From Lytechinus pictus (Eukaryota): a DNA stretch of 64,000 nucleotides. Within the stretch, counting starts at the first letter, position 1, and every line of letters starts with the position of its first letter. The stretch is from positions 24,616,001 through 24,680,000 of the forward strand of contig NC_087250.1 in the NCBI RefSeq assembly GCF_037042905.1, read 5' to 3'. The translations under genes and the position numbers were made by a program. Under the pieces are notes generated by a model. That model did no database searches. It saw only the letters and a list, made by a program, of their open reading frames with translations, and was not told where the DNA came from. Shown here piece by piece: positions 13,701 through 28,700 of this stretch.

Positions 13701-16700
13701 ACTTAACATATGTCTCGAGCCTGTGAGTAAAGATACGGGTTTTTTTAAAATCTTTTATCGTCAACTTATTTACTGTAAAAAATGAAGTAATTTAGCACTT
13801 ACAGTGCTTGTATAGTGACTGCACCACGAGTGCTGATTTTCTAGTTCAAATTTAAACTAGAAAATCAGCACTCGTAGTGCAGTCACTATACAAGCACTGT
13901 AAGTGCTAAATTAGCACTTCTTTTTTTACAGTGTTATTGCACATCCATTTATAAATAAACGACAAATCATAATTTAGCTTATTTTCGACACTTTTAACAT
14001 TAAAATCAGAAAAATAAATAACAGTATCGTCCGCATAGATTTGAGCAGAAGAAATGTACAGATAGAGTTATATCATTAATAAAAAAATAATAAATAGCAA
14101 AGGTCCCAGAATAGAAACTTGAGGTACTGTCCCTGTATATTTCCCCCTGATCATTAATAAGAAATAATAAATAGCAAAGGTCCCAGAATAGAACCTTGAG
14201 GGACTGCCCCAGTATATTTTTCCTGATCAGCAGCGTGCATCCACTGATCTGTAATTCTAACTAAATAAGTTAAGGCGGAGTGTTTACTCCTAAACCAAAA
14301 CTGAACTGCAGATAAGAGTTCATTTTTTTTCTAAAAATGTGATATACAGTGCGTCCCACAAAAAACGAAACCAAGATTAAGCGATGATTTATCATAACTT
14401 AATCATAAATAATATAGATAAATAACCTACCATTGTAAAACTTAGAATCTCCTCTTTCATCTGAAATTATTTAGAATATTTCTCATTCACGCATGAGTGA
14501 GCAAAAACCATTTTAAGAGGGGATATCAAAAAGTCACTTGGTGGGCTGTATTTGGGTTTCAAAAAGAAAAACCACATTTTAAAAAAATTCAAAATCTGCT
14601 CTTTAATATGATACCTCAATTACAGAAAATGGTCAAGTAATGACAAAGTTCTGGTTATTTGAAATAAGGCTTAAATTTCAATAATCTCATAATATGAAGA
14701 GATTTTACAGGCTAGCGTTCAGCGTCACTCGACGATCAGCCAAGCATTAAAGGGATGGTCCGGGCTGAAAATATTCATATCTTAATACATAGAGTAGAAT
14801 TCACTGAGCAAAATGCCTTAAATTTCATTAAAATCGGATAACAAAAAATAAAGTTATTGAAGTTTAAATTTTAGCAATATTTTGAGAAAACAGTCGTCGT
14901 GAATATTCATTAGGTGGGCTGATGATGTCACATCCTCACTTTCCGTTTCCTTATGTTATTACATAAAATCATAATTTTTTTAGTATTTCTTCCTGTGTGA
15001 ATACTATGTCTCCCTAATAATGAAATAAGTTACAACAATAAATATCTAATGCACTAAATCAGTTGTCAATCCAATTTTTCTAGTTCTTGGAGGAAAAAAT
15101 TTGAATAAACCTAATTTCATATAATGAAATACAAACGAACAAGTGGGGATGTGACATCATCAGCCAACCTAATGAATATTCATGACGACTGTTTTCACAA
15201 AATATTGCTAAACTTTAAAATTCAATAACTTTTTTAGTTGTTATCCGATTTTGATGAAATTTTCGGTATTTTGCTTAGTGATTTCTACTCTATTTATTAA
15301 GCTATAAATAATTTTAGCCCGGACCATCCCTTTAAGTCTTTTGTTAACCGTGCGATAGCTTCTGCGGAAAACCGGTGAAAACACGTTTATTTAATGAAAT
15401 TATGGGAATACAAGCACTGTTTCGAGGGAACAGAACTTTTTTACTTCTTGACTATTTTCTGTGATTAAGGTATCAAATAAAAGAGCAGATATTGAACTTT
15501 TTAGCCATGCGGCTTTTCTTTTTTGACGATCAGACAATTATTAAAGGGGAATCCAGCCTTGGCCATAAAATGTTTTGCTGGGAAGGAGAAAAATAAATTA
15601 AACAGATTGGTGAAAGTTTGAAAGAAATCGGACAAGCAATAAGAAAGTTATAGCTGCTTTGAAATTGAGATCACTAATAGTATATACATTTCAAATTGGC
15701 AACTGGGTAAGTAAATTATGACAAGGGGCAAGGACAACTTTCCCATAGGCCATGTACTTTATTATCAGGGATTTGTGGTTTTCTCTTAAGTACCCATTCC
15801 CCTGAGGCAGTAATCTAATAATAACCCAGGTAGTGAAATTATAATTTGAAGTAAAACTTTTGGGAAAATGACATTTTAGCCATATATGAATTGGAGTGCA
15901 TGGAAGAGTAGTCCTTGCCTTACATCACTATGACATCCCATATGCAGCCAATTTGAAGTCTCCATGAGTATAGTGATTACCAATATTTACAACTTTTAAA
16001 AATTCATAACTTTATTGATGTTTGTCCAATATTGTTCAAACTTTCCCTTATCAACTTGTCTGATTTTTCTTTTTCTTATAAAAACAAGTTTTTATTTGGG
16101 TTGGATTCCCCTTGAAGTTTTGTGTTAACCGTGCGATAGCTTCTGCGGGAAACCGGTGAAAACACGTTTATTTAATGAAATTATGGAAATACAAGCATTG
16201 TTTCGAGGGAACAGAACTATTTTTAATTATTGACCATTTTCTGTGATTACGGTATCAAATAAAAGAGCAAATATTGATTTTTTTTAGCCATGTGGTTTTC
16301 TTTTTGAAATTCAGATACCCCCCCCCCCCACCAAATGAGTTGTTGGTATCCTTTCCTGAAATTGTTTTTGCTCACTCATGCGTGAATCAGGAATAATCCA
16401 AGTAATTTCAGATGAAAGAGTAGATTCTCAGCTTTGCATTGGTAGGTCATTTGTCTATTTTATTTATGATTAAGTTATGATTAATCATCGCTAAATCTTG
16501 GTTTCGTGTTTTGTGGGACGCACTGTATATATATATACATTCTAACGAAATGAAAGGGTTATTTAATGTTCAGCATGGTTTCGTAACAGTGAAGAGCGTA
16601 GAATAATTTTTGATCCACGTATATAGTTGCATAGGAAAATTCAGTAATCGTTTGTAATCGATTATGTAGGTATTTTCTTAAAAATGCGTTTAAGCACTAT

Positions 16701-19700
16701 TTGCTGAGAAATAACGATATTTACAACTATGACTATATTAAATATGTATCTCTAATTATTTTTTTACTGTTTGGGTATTATATAATAGAAGTGTCAATTG
16801 CCATTGCAGTTGCAAAAAGAATTTACTTTACAAAATTAACTTTTTTTTTTTAAAGTTCTAAGCTTACTGATTGACAAGCGGCCTCCTCAATCAAAGAGTA
16901 CAATCAAGCTCCGTGCTCAATTATGAGCCATGCAATATGCTTGGAAGAGACTGCTGAACGAAACTCCGTTCAAGTTTCATTGGAACCTGCAGCGACAGGA
17001 TGAACATGATTTTTTAGTACAGTTATAAGAATTGAATGCCTTGCTTCCTGTCTGTTATTTTGTTACAAGGAGCTACAAGTATACATGGTCGGAAAAGCAG
17101 AAGTACTGACTAGAAAAGGAGCGAGAATACTGACTTTACTGAAATACGGAAAATACTGAATTTATCGAGATACTGAAAATACTGAGATGAGTGAGGAAAC
17201 TGAAAGTACCGAAATTACTGAGATACCGAAATACTGAGATTACGTAGATACTCAATACTGGAATGATTGAGAAAATGGAGATAAGGAGTAACAGAGATTA
17301 ATTTTGAAAACTGCAACAGTCGGTACGGCTACAATTTATATGTATATGATGGATGTGTCTTTGAGGTAATTGTGTAATACTGTCAGATGAGCTGGATTAC
17401 CTTCATTTTCTGCCCCTTTCACTCCCTTTTTTTTTTACTTACGTCCTGTAACGTAAACATGGGTTATGTTTATTTTTTGTTGTAACATATTTACAGAACA
17501 TAATAGCGGTGATGAATAATTCTTGATCTGTTAATAATACCTCTCTTCCAATTTGTTCCTCCTCATGATAGCAAGTCAATATGACGTCATTAGAATTCGC
17601 TTCAACGCTGAATGGAACAGAGCGATGCCCTTTACGGAATGACTGCTGCATATTCTCCTTTTGTATGTCCTGTTGAAAGGAGATTATAATACCATTGTTT
17701 TATCTTTATGATAATGTAAATGACTACCTGTAATAGGAATTTAGGGTCACTTGTACATCAGATAAAGAAAATAATATCAAAAATAGAAAATAAAAATTAT
17801 ATGAAAAAACAGAATACAGCAACTAATTTTTTTTAATTCACGAATATCAACCCAGTCGAAATCCTCGTTCACAATCAAAGTATCTTCTATCTGAAATACT
17901 AGTAAAGTCCACTAATTTTGGTGATAGAGCTTTTGGTAAAATAGCATCAAAATTATGGAATAACCGACCTCGTAATGTAAGATCAATAACAGATTCAAAT
18001 CTGTTTTTATGTTTTAAAAACGTACCTTTTTTAACCCTAATAATGTACATGTTTAACTAGAGGGTTCATTCAGCCCCCCCCCCTCGACATTTTTTTACGA
18101 TAAATCCGCCGTGCAAAACTTTCTGACTGCGTCGCTAGCAGCTTTTTTTTTCAAAGTCTCGTGCAACTTTTGAGAACAAATTTCCGACCCCCGGGCAGGG
18201 GGTTTCGAAATTATGCAACATTTCGTAGTGCATGCAGACCCAAAATTGCTCGAAAACGTGAACTCGTGAACAAATCCACTGCAAATAGTGTTTTTAGCCA
18301 AAATTCATAATTGTATCATTATTTTTCCTTTTACTGATTAAAATCAATTAATTTAATCCTGTCTTTGGTCAAAATAAAGTCCCCGAAAATTTACATTGAA
18401 AAAAAAAAAATAATAAACAAAAAGTCTAAAAATAAAGAAATACATAAGAATTTTAGAGAACAATAAAATACATAAGAAAACAAATTGATGTTTTTTTAAT
18501 GCATTTAATCAGATTCCTATAAAGAGTATGCGAACTAAAAATTAGCAATTTAGGGGCATTAGTTAGTTAGTTAGCAAACGTTTGATTTGACGCATAAATT
18601 AGCATAATTGATTAGCAATGAAATTTTTCGCAGAATTTGATCCGATAGTTTTGTAGTTTATGCCATGGGTAATGCGCGAACCGATTTTAGTCCCGATCGC
18701 GCGATCGACGACCGAGTTCGGAGGGGAAAAGGGAGTGACTACATAAATTAGGGGGGGGGAATATTAAAAACTAGGGGGGAATTATAGACTACATGGTATC
18801 ATGTATCTCTAAGAACTGTATATTATTATTGCTTTTTATTCATGTTTGGTGATGTAAATATTAGTATACAATAGATATTGATATCCGTAATAGAGAGCTT
18901 ACTGACCATTTCAATGCCAGGAATGTCGGCATGCACATGAAGGCTAACCTCAAAGTCTTGCCCCCTGTGTATACTGTCTGGGATGTATGGAGTGCATAGA
19001 AGTCGATGTCGGATCACATGTTGTTTAAGAGGAATCAGAACCCACCACTCAGCACAGTGACCAATGTACAGCTCAAGATGACTCTTATAAACTTTAGAGT
19101 ACGGTGGTTGGTCTGGTGAACTGGATGACCTCATTCTGACAGTTTTGGGTAGGTCTTATTTAAAAAAAAAATATTAATTAAATATAGATTTGGGAGTATC
19201 ATGGCAGTACGCAAAGACTGACGACATTGTGACTGGTGTTGCTACTCTTTCCTTCAACACCATTCGTGTTGTGAACACATTGGCGGCGGAGCAGAGGATT
19301 CTCTTTTGTGTTTGGGGGACGCAACAATAGATATCTATTGTTGCGTCCCCCCCCCCCCCCCCACCACAAAAGATAATCCTCTGCTCCGCCGCCAATGTGT
19401 GAACAACATTATAATTTACCCCACACTGCCAACACTGATATCATCAACAAAACCACAACTGCATAATATGATGAGCAAAATGAACTTTTTCTTACAGGCT
19501 AGCAATGAAGTCGTTTCTGGATGCCCTGACTAGCACATTAATGGTGTGGAGCTCATCCGGCATCTTGCAACAAAATTTATCAAATTTATTTTATTTCAGC
19601 CCAGTTGAAACTGTAGTGAAGTATATTGGTGACATAAATTGAGGAAACAGAATTGAAAACGATGAAGAAATGACATAGAAGAAGCATTTTCTGTGATTTA

Positions 19701-22700
19701 AGAATAAATATCGTATAAATTAGCATAAATAATTTTTTAGTCAAAATTTATAAATTATGTGTAGAACCTTGTTGAGCTCTCAGATCGAACAACAAAGATC
19801 AAAATCATTCAACAAAAAATAAGAAGCATTTTATGTTAGTTTTGAAAAATATGCATAAATAAGCATATTTCACGAGTTTCAAAATTCTGTGTAAAAAAGC
19901 TACTCAAAAGTTTTAAAATTATTTGTAAAAGTTTTGTGAAACTCATGAAGCTCTAGATCTACCAGATGGAAGGAAAAAAAATCAAAATCGGTCAACAGAT
20001 AAAGTAGGAGAAGCGTTTTATGTGAATATTTAAAAATATGCATGAATTTTATCAACTTTTTCAAAAATCTTAGAAAAACTTGTGTATAGTAGTTTATTTT
20101 CCTTCTTGTCAAAAAGAGATATACTGTACCATAAACAATACGGGTTTAGACAGAACTACAGTACTTACATGGCTCTTTCAGATTTTACTAATATTGTTGC
20201 TAAATTATTTGAAAATAAAAGAGTTGTTTTAGGTATATTTTTAGATTTTACCAGGGCATTCGATTGCATAAGTCATGAAATACTTTTACAAAAATTGCAA
20301 TTTTATGGGATTAGGGGTACAGTACTTCAATGGTTTTCTAGTTACTTGAACAAAAGAACTCAGTATGTTTGTGTAAATAATGTATCTTCTGAAATCACAC
20401 ATAATACCTATGGTGTCCCTCAGGGATCAGTATTGGGTCCCTTATTATTTTTGCTGTTCATAAACGACATTCAATATGTAAGTAGTATATTACAATCAAT
20501 AATTTTTGCGGATGATACAAGTTTATTTCTATCTGGTGAAAATATTGATACATTGTGTTTTACTTTTAATACAGAACTTAAAAAATTTGATACTTGGTTT
20601 AAAGCAAATAAATAAAAATTTAATGCAGAAAAAACTTCCTGTATGTTATTTCAGCCAAAAAATCAAAATATCGATACTTCTTGTATAAAAATATATATCA
20701 ACCAACAAATTATATCGATTGTAAATTCTACAAATTTTTTTAGGAGTTAAAATTGACAATAAATTGACATGGAAAGAGCATGTATCTTATGTATCATGTC
20801 AAATATCTAAAGCTATTGGTGCAATGAATAGAATAAAGAAAATTGTTCCTTTTTATATCCTTCTTAAATTGTATAATAGCATGATCTTGCCATATCTTAA
20901 CTACTGTAATATAGTATGGGGTGGCTGTGCAAAGACCTATCTTAATAGAATTTTCATTCTTCAAAAACGAGCAATACGAATTATGTTTAATTTACATCCT
21001 TACTCACACAATGCTCCTGTCTTTAAAAAATTCAGTATATTAACAGTTTTTGATATACATAAACAACAGATTGGCATATTTATGTTTTCGTACTCCAAAA
21101 ATATACTTCCGAAGTTTTTAGAAAATTGTTTTGTATATAATAAAAATGTATGTAAATATGCGACTCGTCAATCAAATCTTTTCTATCTACCAGCGCTAAA
21201 TTATAATTTCTCAAGAACTACCATTTCTTATGCAGGTCCTAAGTTTTGGAACAAATTACCACAAGAAATCAAAATATGCCCAACTTTGAATATGTTTAAA
21301 AGAAAACTATAAAATACCTAGTTGAAAATGAATCCTAGAATAAAGTTAACAAAATCTTGCCGGGGGGGGGTCCAGGATGTCTGGTTGTCTTTTGTTATTT
21401 CATTTACACTTATATTTTTGAATTCCATGTGTGTCTATTTCTTTTTCTATTGTTTTGTGTTATACTTTGTATATATTGAAGAAACATTTTATGTAAATTT
21501 TTATTATCTTTGGGAATAACCCTGATAGGCCTTCCCACCACATTATGATTCTGAACTGAATATGTTTCTTTTTAATGTTTTTTTTTTATTGTATATATCT
21601 ATTTGCATATGAATTTGTACTTGTGTTTTTAATCAGATGTGGAAATAAAATTGAATTGAATTGAATTAATTTCGCATACATTAGTATAACATTTTTTCTA
21701 GTTAAAATGTCAAAATTCTTTGTATAAGTTTGGTGAACCTCACGAAGCTATACCAGATGGAAGGAAAAAAAACCGATTAACAAATAAAGAAGCATTTTTT
21801 TTTTGGGGGGGGGGGTGTTGGTGAATTTTGAAAAATGCGCATAAGATAGCATATTAAATGAGTTTCAAAATTCTGTGTAGAAGTTTTGAATCCCCCACCC
21901 AGTGCTATCAAAGCAAACGGAATTTAAATCGGACTTGAAATGACGAAGAAGAAGCATTTTGAAATGGTGGACAGACGACGGACGCCATGGCACGGCGTAA
22001 GCCCATCTGGCCCTTCGGGCCGGACGAGCTAAAAACCAGTCGATATAACCTGATAGAGACCAAGCATGCTCAGGGCAACGTGTCACCAATATTATCATCT
22101 GACAGGCTGTCTTCATCATCGGCTGTCATTTTTTTTATTATGATTCACTAACAAACAGAGGCCTGTGCAGTGGCAGACAGTATGGTAATTTTAGAGAGTC
22201 AGAACTTATCAGTGGTTACAAGATTAATGAATCGGTCCCATGAAGACACCCCAGTATCCTACATTTATTAACTTACCCCTCACAGAATCCCATACGCGGT
22301 ACACGATGTCTGGTTTCACCTGCTGTGGATTGATGACAAAGATAGAGTGTGGTATAGTTATTTTAACAGGTTGGTTGAAGATCACGGTTGGAGGGTCACA
22401 CCTGATCCCACAGCAGGCCATTGATTCACTTACTGGGATGTCAACACCGGGATTGTCTCTCATGACGGCCAGTGTGATCTGACAAGAGTCATCATGTGGA
22501 ACTGCTCCAGGAGGAATGTATATCGATATCCCATGGTCTTGTAGTTTGATTTCCTGACTGGTATTAGTTTTTACTTCTGCAGAAACCTCGGGAGAGGTGA
22601 ATGGCCTATTAGTGAGTTCTGAAGATACAGGAAGTGAGCAATTAGACCAATGGTGCATACATTCCAAACGAAATACATGCATTAATGTGTTTTGAATGAA

Positions 22701-25700
22701 TTAGAGCTCCAGAAGAATTACATTTTACATTAAATTCGTCTGCAGAGTTAATCTTCATCTTAAGAGTACATTCACCATTAGACTTACTCATGTATTTGTC
22801 ATTATCAAGTCCTCAAGTTTTTATCATCTTTAATAAATGTATATATAAACTATATATCCTTTATTACCTCGTCTTCATTTAAAATAATGCTGGTTGAAAG
22901 AAAAGAGCAACTAGATCCAATGCTAAAAGGGTGGAGAACCCGTTTTTCAACCAGCGAGATATCTACTAACTGTTGAACGGCACAAGGACAATCATGCCAC
23001 ATGACAAGAGAAGGAGAGGTCCTCTCTGTAAGCAATCGATTTAACTAACTAACTAACTGTACTTATTAACTACCTCCTCGACATCGAACTTGTCTCCTGA
23101 ACTGCCATTGCGATGGACTGACACAACGAAAGTAACAGCATATACCTAGCTGTAGGCATGGTAGGCCTCCCTCAAAGATGATGATTACGACAGTGACAAT
23201 GAAAGGAGATATGGAAATAGACCAAGAAGACATACAGAAGATGTGCCGTCCAGACGGAAGAAACAGATGGACGAATTAACAACGATCGCGAAACGACAAA
23301 CAACAGAGACAACACCTGGGGAGTGTTTCATAAAAGGACTTATCGGGCAATTTATCCTACAAGTCCTGTTATATCCGACAGTTAGCATAGTAGCAGTGCT
23401 TCTAAGCCAATCAAAATGAAGAAAAGTTTTCAGATCTGACAACTTGTCGGACAGAAATATTGATGAAATGCTCTCCAAATGACACATTGTACTCCGACAA
23501 AGGTAACGACGATGACGATAAATAGACTGATATGAACATGGAGTTGACAGAGAAACTGCAACCAACTATTATGACTTCCATGAACTTAACCATGTTGATG
23601 CCAGGATTGAACAGAAGGAATACTTTAAGACTGTGTTCAGACAGAGGAATATTTATGTTTCAGTTTCTTTGATGTTTCATGCCTGTTTAATATTCCTTTT
23701 GCTTTAAATTTACTTCTGATATTTGGATGGCTCTGGGAAGTCACACTGCTTTTTGTATTCTTTTGTGAAAGTGCGTGTATGATAGAACACAACAAAATTA
23801 TGGTACAATTAGAATTTCACTTATTTTAGATATTACAGGTTGTATGAATTGATAATTTTACCAAGAATCTTTTTTGTTAGCATAATAGTGTAAGAATGTA
23901 AAACTGATAACTGATCCTCTGTATATCCGTATGAATTAATTTTGTTTGAAGTCTCATGGTTCATTCACAACTGGTTTTAGTATTGCTGATATTTCCTCTC
24001 ATATATGTAAGTGTTATAGTTAATGCGAAATTATCAAAAATGTTCAAAGAGAATATAAATAAAAAATTTCGAAGGGTTGACAAGTCAAATAAGCTTGAAC
24101 TGCATTGATAAAAATGATAACATGCAAGAGTTGATCATCTGATATGATTCATGTTTCATTTGAATCGATAATTTCGGAAAAGATACATTATGGTATCATC
24201 AAAGTAGATATTACAAAAGATTAACTTAGGTATTTCAGTCGAATATATAATGTCAAATGATTACAATAAAAAGTTGATAAGAGTACACCTATGTAATAGT
24301 AGAGAGTACACCTATGTAATAGTAGAGAGTACACCTATGTAATAGTAGAGAGTACACCTATGTAATAGTAGGACCAATGGTCACTGGTGGCAGCAGTGGC
24401 GTAACTACGGGGGGGGGCATGGGGGGCACGTGCCCCCCCCCCCCCCCCCAATCGGCTGGAAGAAAAAAAAAACCGGGGAAAAGGAGAAAACGAGGGAGAA
24501 AGGAAGAGAAACGTAGTGGGAAAGAAGAAATTATTGTCCATTATAATGCTATATTATATTATGTTATGTTATATTACATAATGTTATGTTATATTACACA
24601 AGAAACATTTTTTTTCATAACTATATGAAACCTTATTTTGCTCAGGCCTATGTCTTCATTTTTTCTGGTGCTCGCATAGACTGTTTAACGAGATATATAA
24701 TTTTGTTGTACTAAAACCTCCCGTTTTCAAGTCGATATACACCAAATATATTTCCTCGCAATTCGATTTATTGTTGTTTGTACTGACATACAGCTGTATG
24801 CTTCTAACTACTTAAAGTGATTGCCCCATTTTAAGGTCTTAGTATAAAACATTTCCTGTCCGTGCTTACGTTTGCATTAGTGGATTGGTGAGATGTCTGC
24901 TCTTCATGAGTTCCTAAAATCAGTCCTTAAAATGTGCATTTTTTCTGATCTGAATACCAAAATTTTCAGCTCGGACTTCGCGCTCGCATCATTTGCTTAG
25001 TGAAATACATGCGGTCTTAGTGAATTCTTACAAACAAGCCTGAGAATGCCTCTCTTCAGGTCTGATTTTCCTAATTTTTAAGCTCGCACTTCGCGCTCGC
25101 AGTATTTGATGAGTGAGATGCGTATAATCATGATTATAATGACTTCAAAAAGTGCTTCATGTGTTTAGATGTAATTCTAACAAAATCAGCAATCACTTGG
25201 CACTCGCATTAGATCACTGTAGTTAGATATGTATACTCTTAATGGATTCCTAAAAATAGTCCTTAAAATATCCATGTTAGGGTCAATATATACACAAATT
25301 TCAGCTCGCGCTACGCGCTCGCATCATTTGGTTAGCGAAATACGTATGGTATTCATTAATTCCAACAAACAAACCTCAAAATGCTGGTCTGACTTTCCTA
25401 AATTTTCAACTAGCGCTCGCAATAATTGATTAGTGAGATGCGTATGTTAATCATGATTACAATGACTTCATGTATTTAGATGTAATTCTGACCAAATCAG
25501 CAAAACATGACACTAGCATTACATGACTATGGTGAGATATTTATACTCTTAATGGATTCCTAATATATAGTCCTTAAAATGTCCCTGTTTGGGGTCAATA
25601 TATACAAAATTTTCAGCTCGCGCTTCGCGCTCGCATTTTTGTTTAACGAGACAGGTACGTATATCATGACTACAAAAAATTTGCTTATAATGTCCCTTTT

Positions 25701-28700
25701 TCGGTCTGAATATCAAAAATTTTCAGCTCGCGCTTTGCGCTCGCATTATTTAACCAGTGAGATACATATCCGTTTAATGGCACTGCATGTCCGTAAAATG
25801 TTTCTATTAGGTCAGTTTACCTGGTCACTAAGACTAGTGACTCGAATGTTTTGCTGGTGCCCCCCCCCCCCATGCCGTGACCCACGGTACGCCACTGGGT
25901 GGCAGATACAAATACCAAGCCTTTTTGGAAGGATATTGTTTCCTTAATTACCCTAATTGTAAGTTTCATTCCGATAATATATCTGTCTCAATAACGTGTT
26001 ATTATGTTGGGTTAACGATTGATGTGATGTTTAAGAAATGTTCTTACCTCTTGTAGATTTTACCTCATCCAATGAAGATAACCTGCAAGTAATCACAAAC
26101 CAAAACCACTTTGTATATATTTTGTTTAATTAGTAGTATATGCCAGCTTTCCTCATTTGTAATTCTTTTTGGAAGTTAGAAGGATGAATGTAATCACACG
26201 TAAAGGATGTCACTGCAAAATGAAATGAACAAATGTGTACATCTCCTGTGTTTCGAATGTGAACTTGAAATAAAATGAAAAGTGATTTTTTTTGTTCTTC
26301 ATATTTACACAACGAAATATTCATTTGCACCCTAAATAGTGAAAGTGCTCTTACACCAAAAGAATACAAATCTACTCAGACTAACTTCACATTAATAATT
26401 CAGAAATCAGCAGCAATCCCGAGGGTTGGTAATTTCACCCCTACCTTTTTTTAGTTTGTGAAGAACATGGTGAATTTTGTCCATAAAACGTATTCCCAAC
26501 TTTTCCACGTAACGACGTGTGATATAACAACATATGAAACAGTCACCTTGACAATATCATCTGCCTGACTAGTTCATCCTTGGCATAGTGGATCGGTAGG
26601 TTGCCTGTGTCGTCCTTTACATCTAGCTTGGCGCCATTCTCAATGAGATAAAACACCAAGGACTCATTAGGAGATAACCCGCCATTGTAGTACTCGTTGG
26701 ATATCTGAAACAGAGAACAGCTTTCATTATTTACATGGAAAGTACAACCTGCTTTTACATGGGAATATTTTGTTTTAATAAATGATTACGCTAGCCAATG
26801 CGAATACATTTGTAGTGTCCCCTACAATCACTCAATTGGTTAGCTACATATACATATTATAATAATGTTAATATTCTGGGTCGTAAGTATATAGACGCCC
26901 GTCGCTGTAATGAAATGATAAAATGTTTCAAAGCAATTAGTTTGTTCCTTGGAAATAAATTTTGTTAACGTTAATGAAGGCATACTTTTCAGCAGAATGA
27001 TCTTCTATCATTAAGAGAATTTAATTCAAAGCTAAATGGTAAGTTGTAACCTTTGATATCTGGATTAAGAAAAGCTTTAGCCAGTTTTACAACCTATATT
27101 TTGATCATTTATGATGTCTCCTAGAACACTTGTATAAGTCCTATCAATATTGCAAACAATGTTATGGAGCCCCGTTCCTTTGAATAAATCACCTCTCTGA
27201 GTGTATCAGTGTTTTGAACTATCACGTTGTTCTTGTAGCATAATCTGATAGCTTTATGAAGACAGGTCTGGCCGTCAGACGACTGTAAATTGAGATCACA
27301 TCCATTGGATATCAACTTTTCGATGATAGCTGTATGGCCATGTATTATAGCAAGATGGATGGGTGCTGTATCGTCCTGGATGGAAAGACAAATAATCTCC
27401 GTATAACTAAAGCAAAAACATTTTTGCGGGCTAATTTTCCAATGTCACTGCCCTGCCTACAGCTTTAACATTAATAAGCGTTAACATAGTAATGAATGGG
27501 TATTTCCAGTGCTCCATTTTTAGTTTCCATGGCATTTCTGATCATTTTGAAGGTAAATACTAAGATAATCGTGTCTAGCCCATGTTTAATTTGTCCCGGC
27601 TCCTTTTGAAATTTAGCATCTTTGTCTTAAATGATGGTGGGTAAGTTATATGCTACAAAATAAATAATACAATCCTTTATCGAATGTACATTACAGAAAT
27701 TAGTCCTAATATAAATATAGTAATAGAACAATAAAGGAAAATTAAAGTACAGTTTATTTCCAAGAAAATTAAGTACCTTGGTATTCAACTTGTCTCGTGT
27801 TGCCTTATTCACCTCAGCTCCATCGCTGAGCAGATAGTCGGTGATATCAAGATGACCATGCATAACCGCAATGTGTAATGCAGTCGAACCAGTACCATCT
27901 CCTTTATTCACCTCAGCTCCTTTGCTAATCAGGTATTTAGTGATATCAAGATGACCATTCTGTACAGCGGTGTGTGATACAGTCCGACCATCATTATCAC
28001 CTTTATTAACCTCAGCTCCGTGACTGATCAGATATTTGATGACGTTAATAAGACCTTTGTCAACAGCTCTGTGTAATGCTGTAATTCCCTCATTATCCTC
28101 CTTATTAACCTCAGCTCCTTGACTGATCAGATACTTGATGACGTCAACATGACCATTGTAAGCAGCATTGTACAATGCAGTCTGACCATCATTAGCTCCC
28201 TTATTAACCTCAGCTCCTTGACTGATCAGATACTTGATGACGTCAACATGACCATTGTCAGCAGCACTGTGTAATGCAGTCCAACCATTACTATCTCCCT
28301 TATTAACCTCTGCTCCTTGACTGATCAGATACTTGATGACGTCAACATGACCATTGCCAGCAGCACTGCGTAATGCAGTCCGACCATTATTATCCTCCTT
28401 ATTAACCTGAGCTCCTTGACTGATCAGATATTTGATGACGTCAACATGACCATTGCCAGCAGCACTGCGTAATGCAGTCCGACCATTATTATCCTCCTTA
28501 TTAACCTGAGCTCCTTGACTGATCAGATATTTGATGACGTCAACATGACCATTGTAAGCAGCACAGTGTAATGCAGTCCGACCATCATCTCTACCCTTAT
28601 TTACCTCAGCTCCTTGACTGATCAGATATTTGATGACGTCAACATGACCATTGTTAGCAGCACAGTGTAATGCAGTCCAACCATCATTATCTCCCTTATT

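Larger units (their letters stand above)
14347..16525. mobile_element. Tc1/mariner-type MITE carrying nested insertions
   Basis: TA|cagtgcgtcccacaaaa ... ttttgtgggacgcactg|TA; long inverted arms. Confidence 0.88.

Noticed and set aside
17443..17540. Alternative donor GTAAGT at 17442 extending exon 7
   Set aside because: Gives phase 2, incompatible with the phase-0 exon 8; the donor at 17540 fits
20082..21312. Active or domesticated reverse transcriptase acting on the ankyrin array
   Set aside because: 5'-truncated, with a stop and frameshift and a typical LINE tail; an ordinary dead intronic insertion
23074..23117. Possible extra 44-nt exon between exons 4 and 5
   Set aside because: It has AG/GT ends, but including it breaks the phase; exon 4 joins exon 5 in frame directly
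27627..27776. C-terminal 49 aa of the 982-aa ORF (VLNFLGNKLYFNFPLLFYYY...)
   Set aside because: Read-through into an AT-rich intron after the donor at 27776; not a real hydrophobic tail
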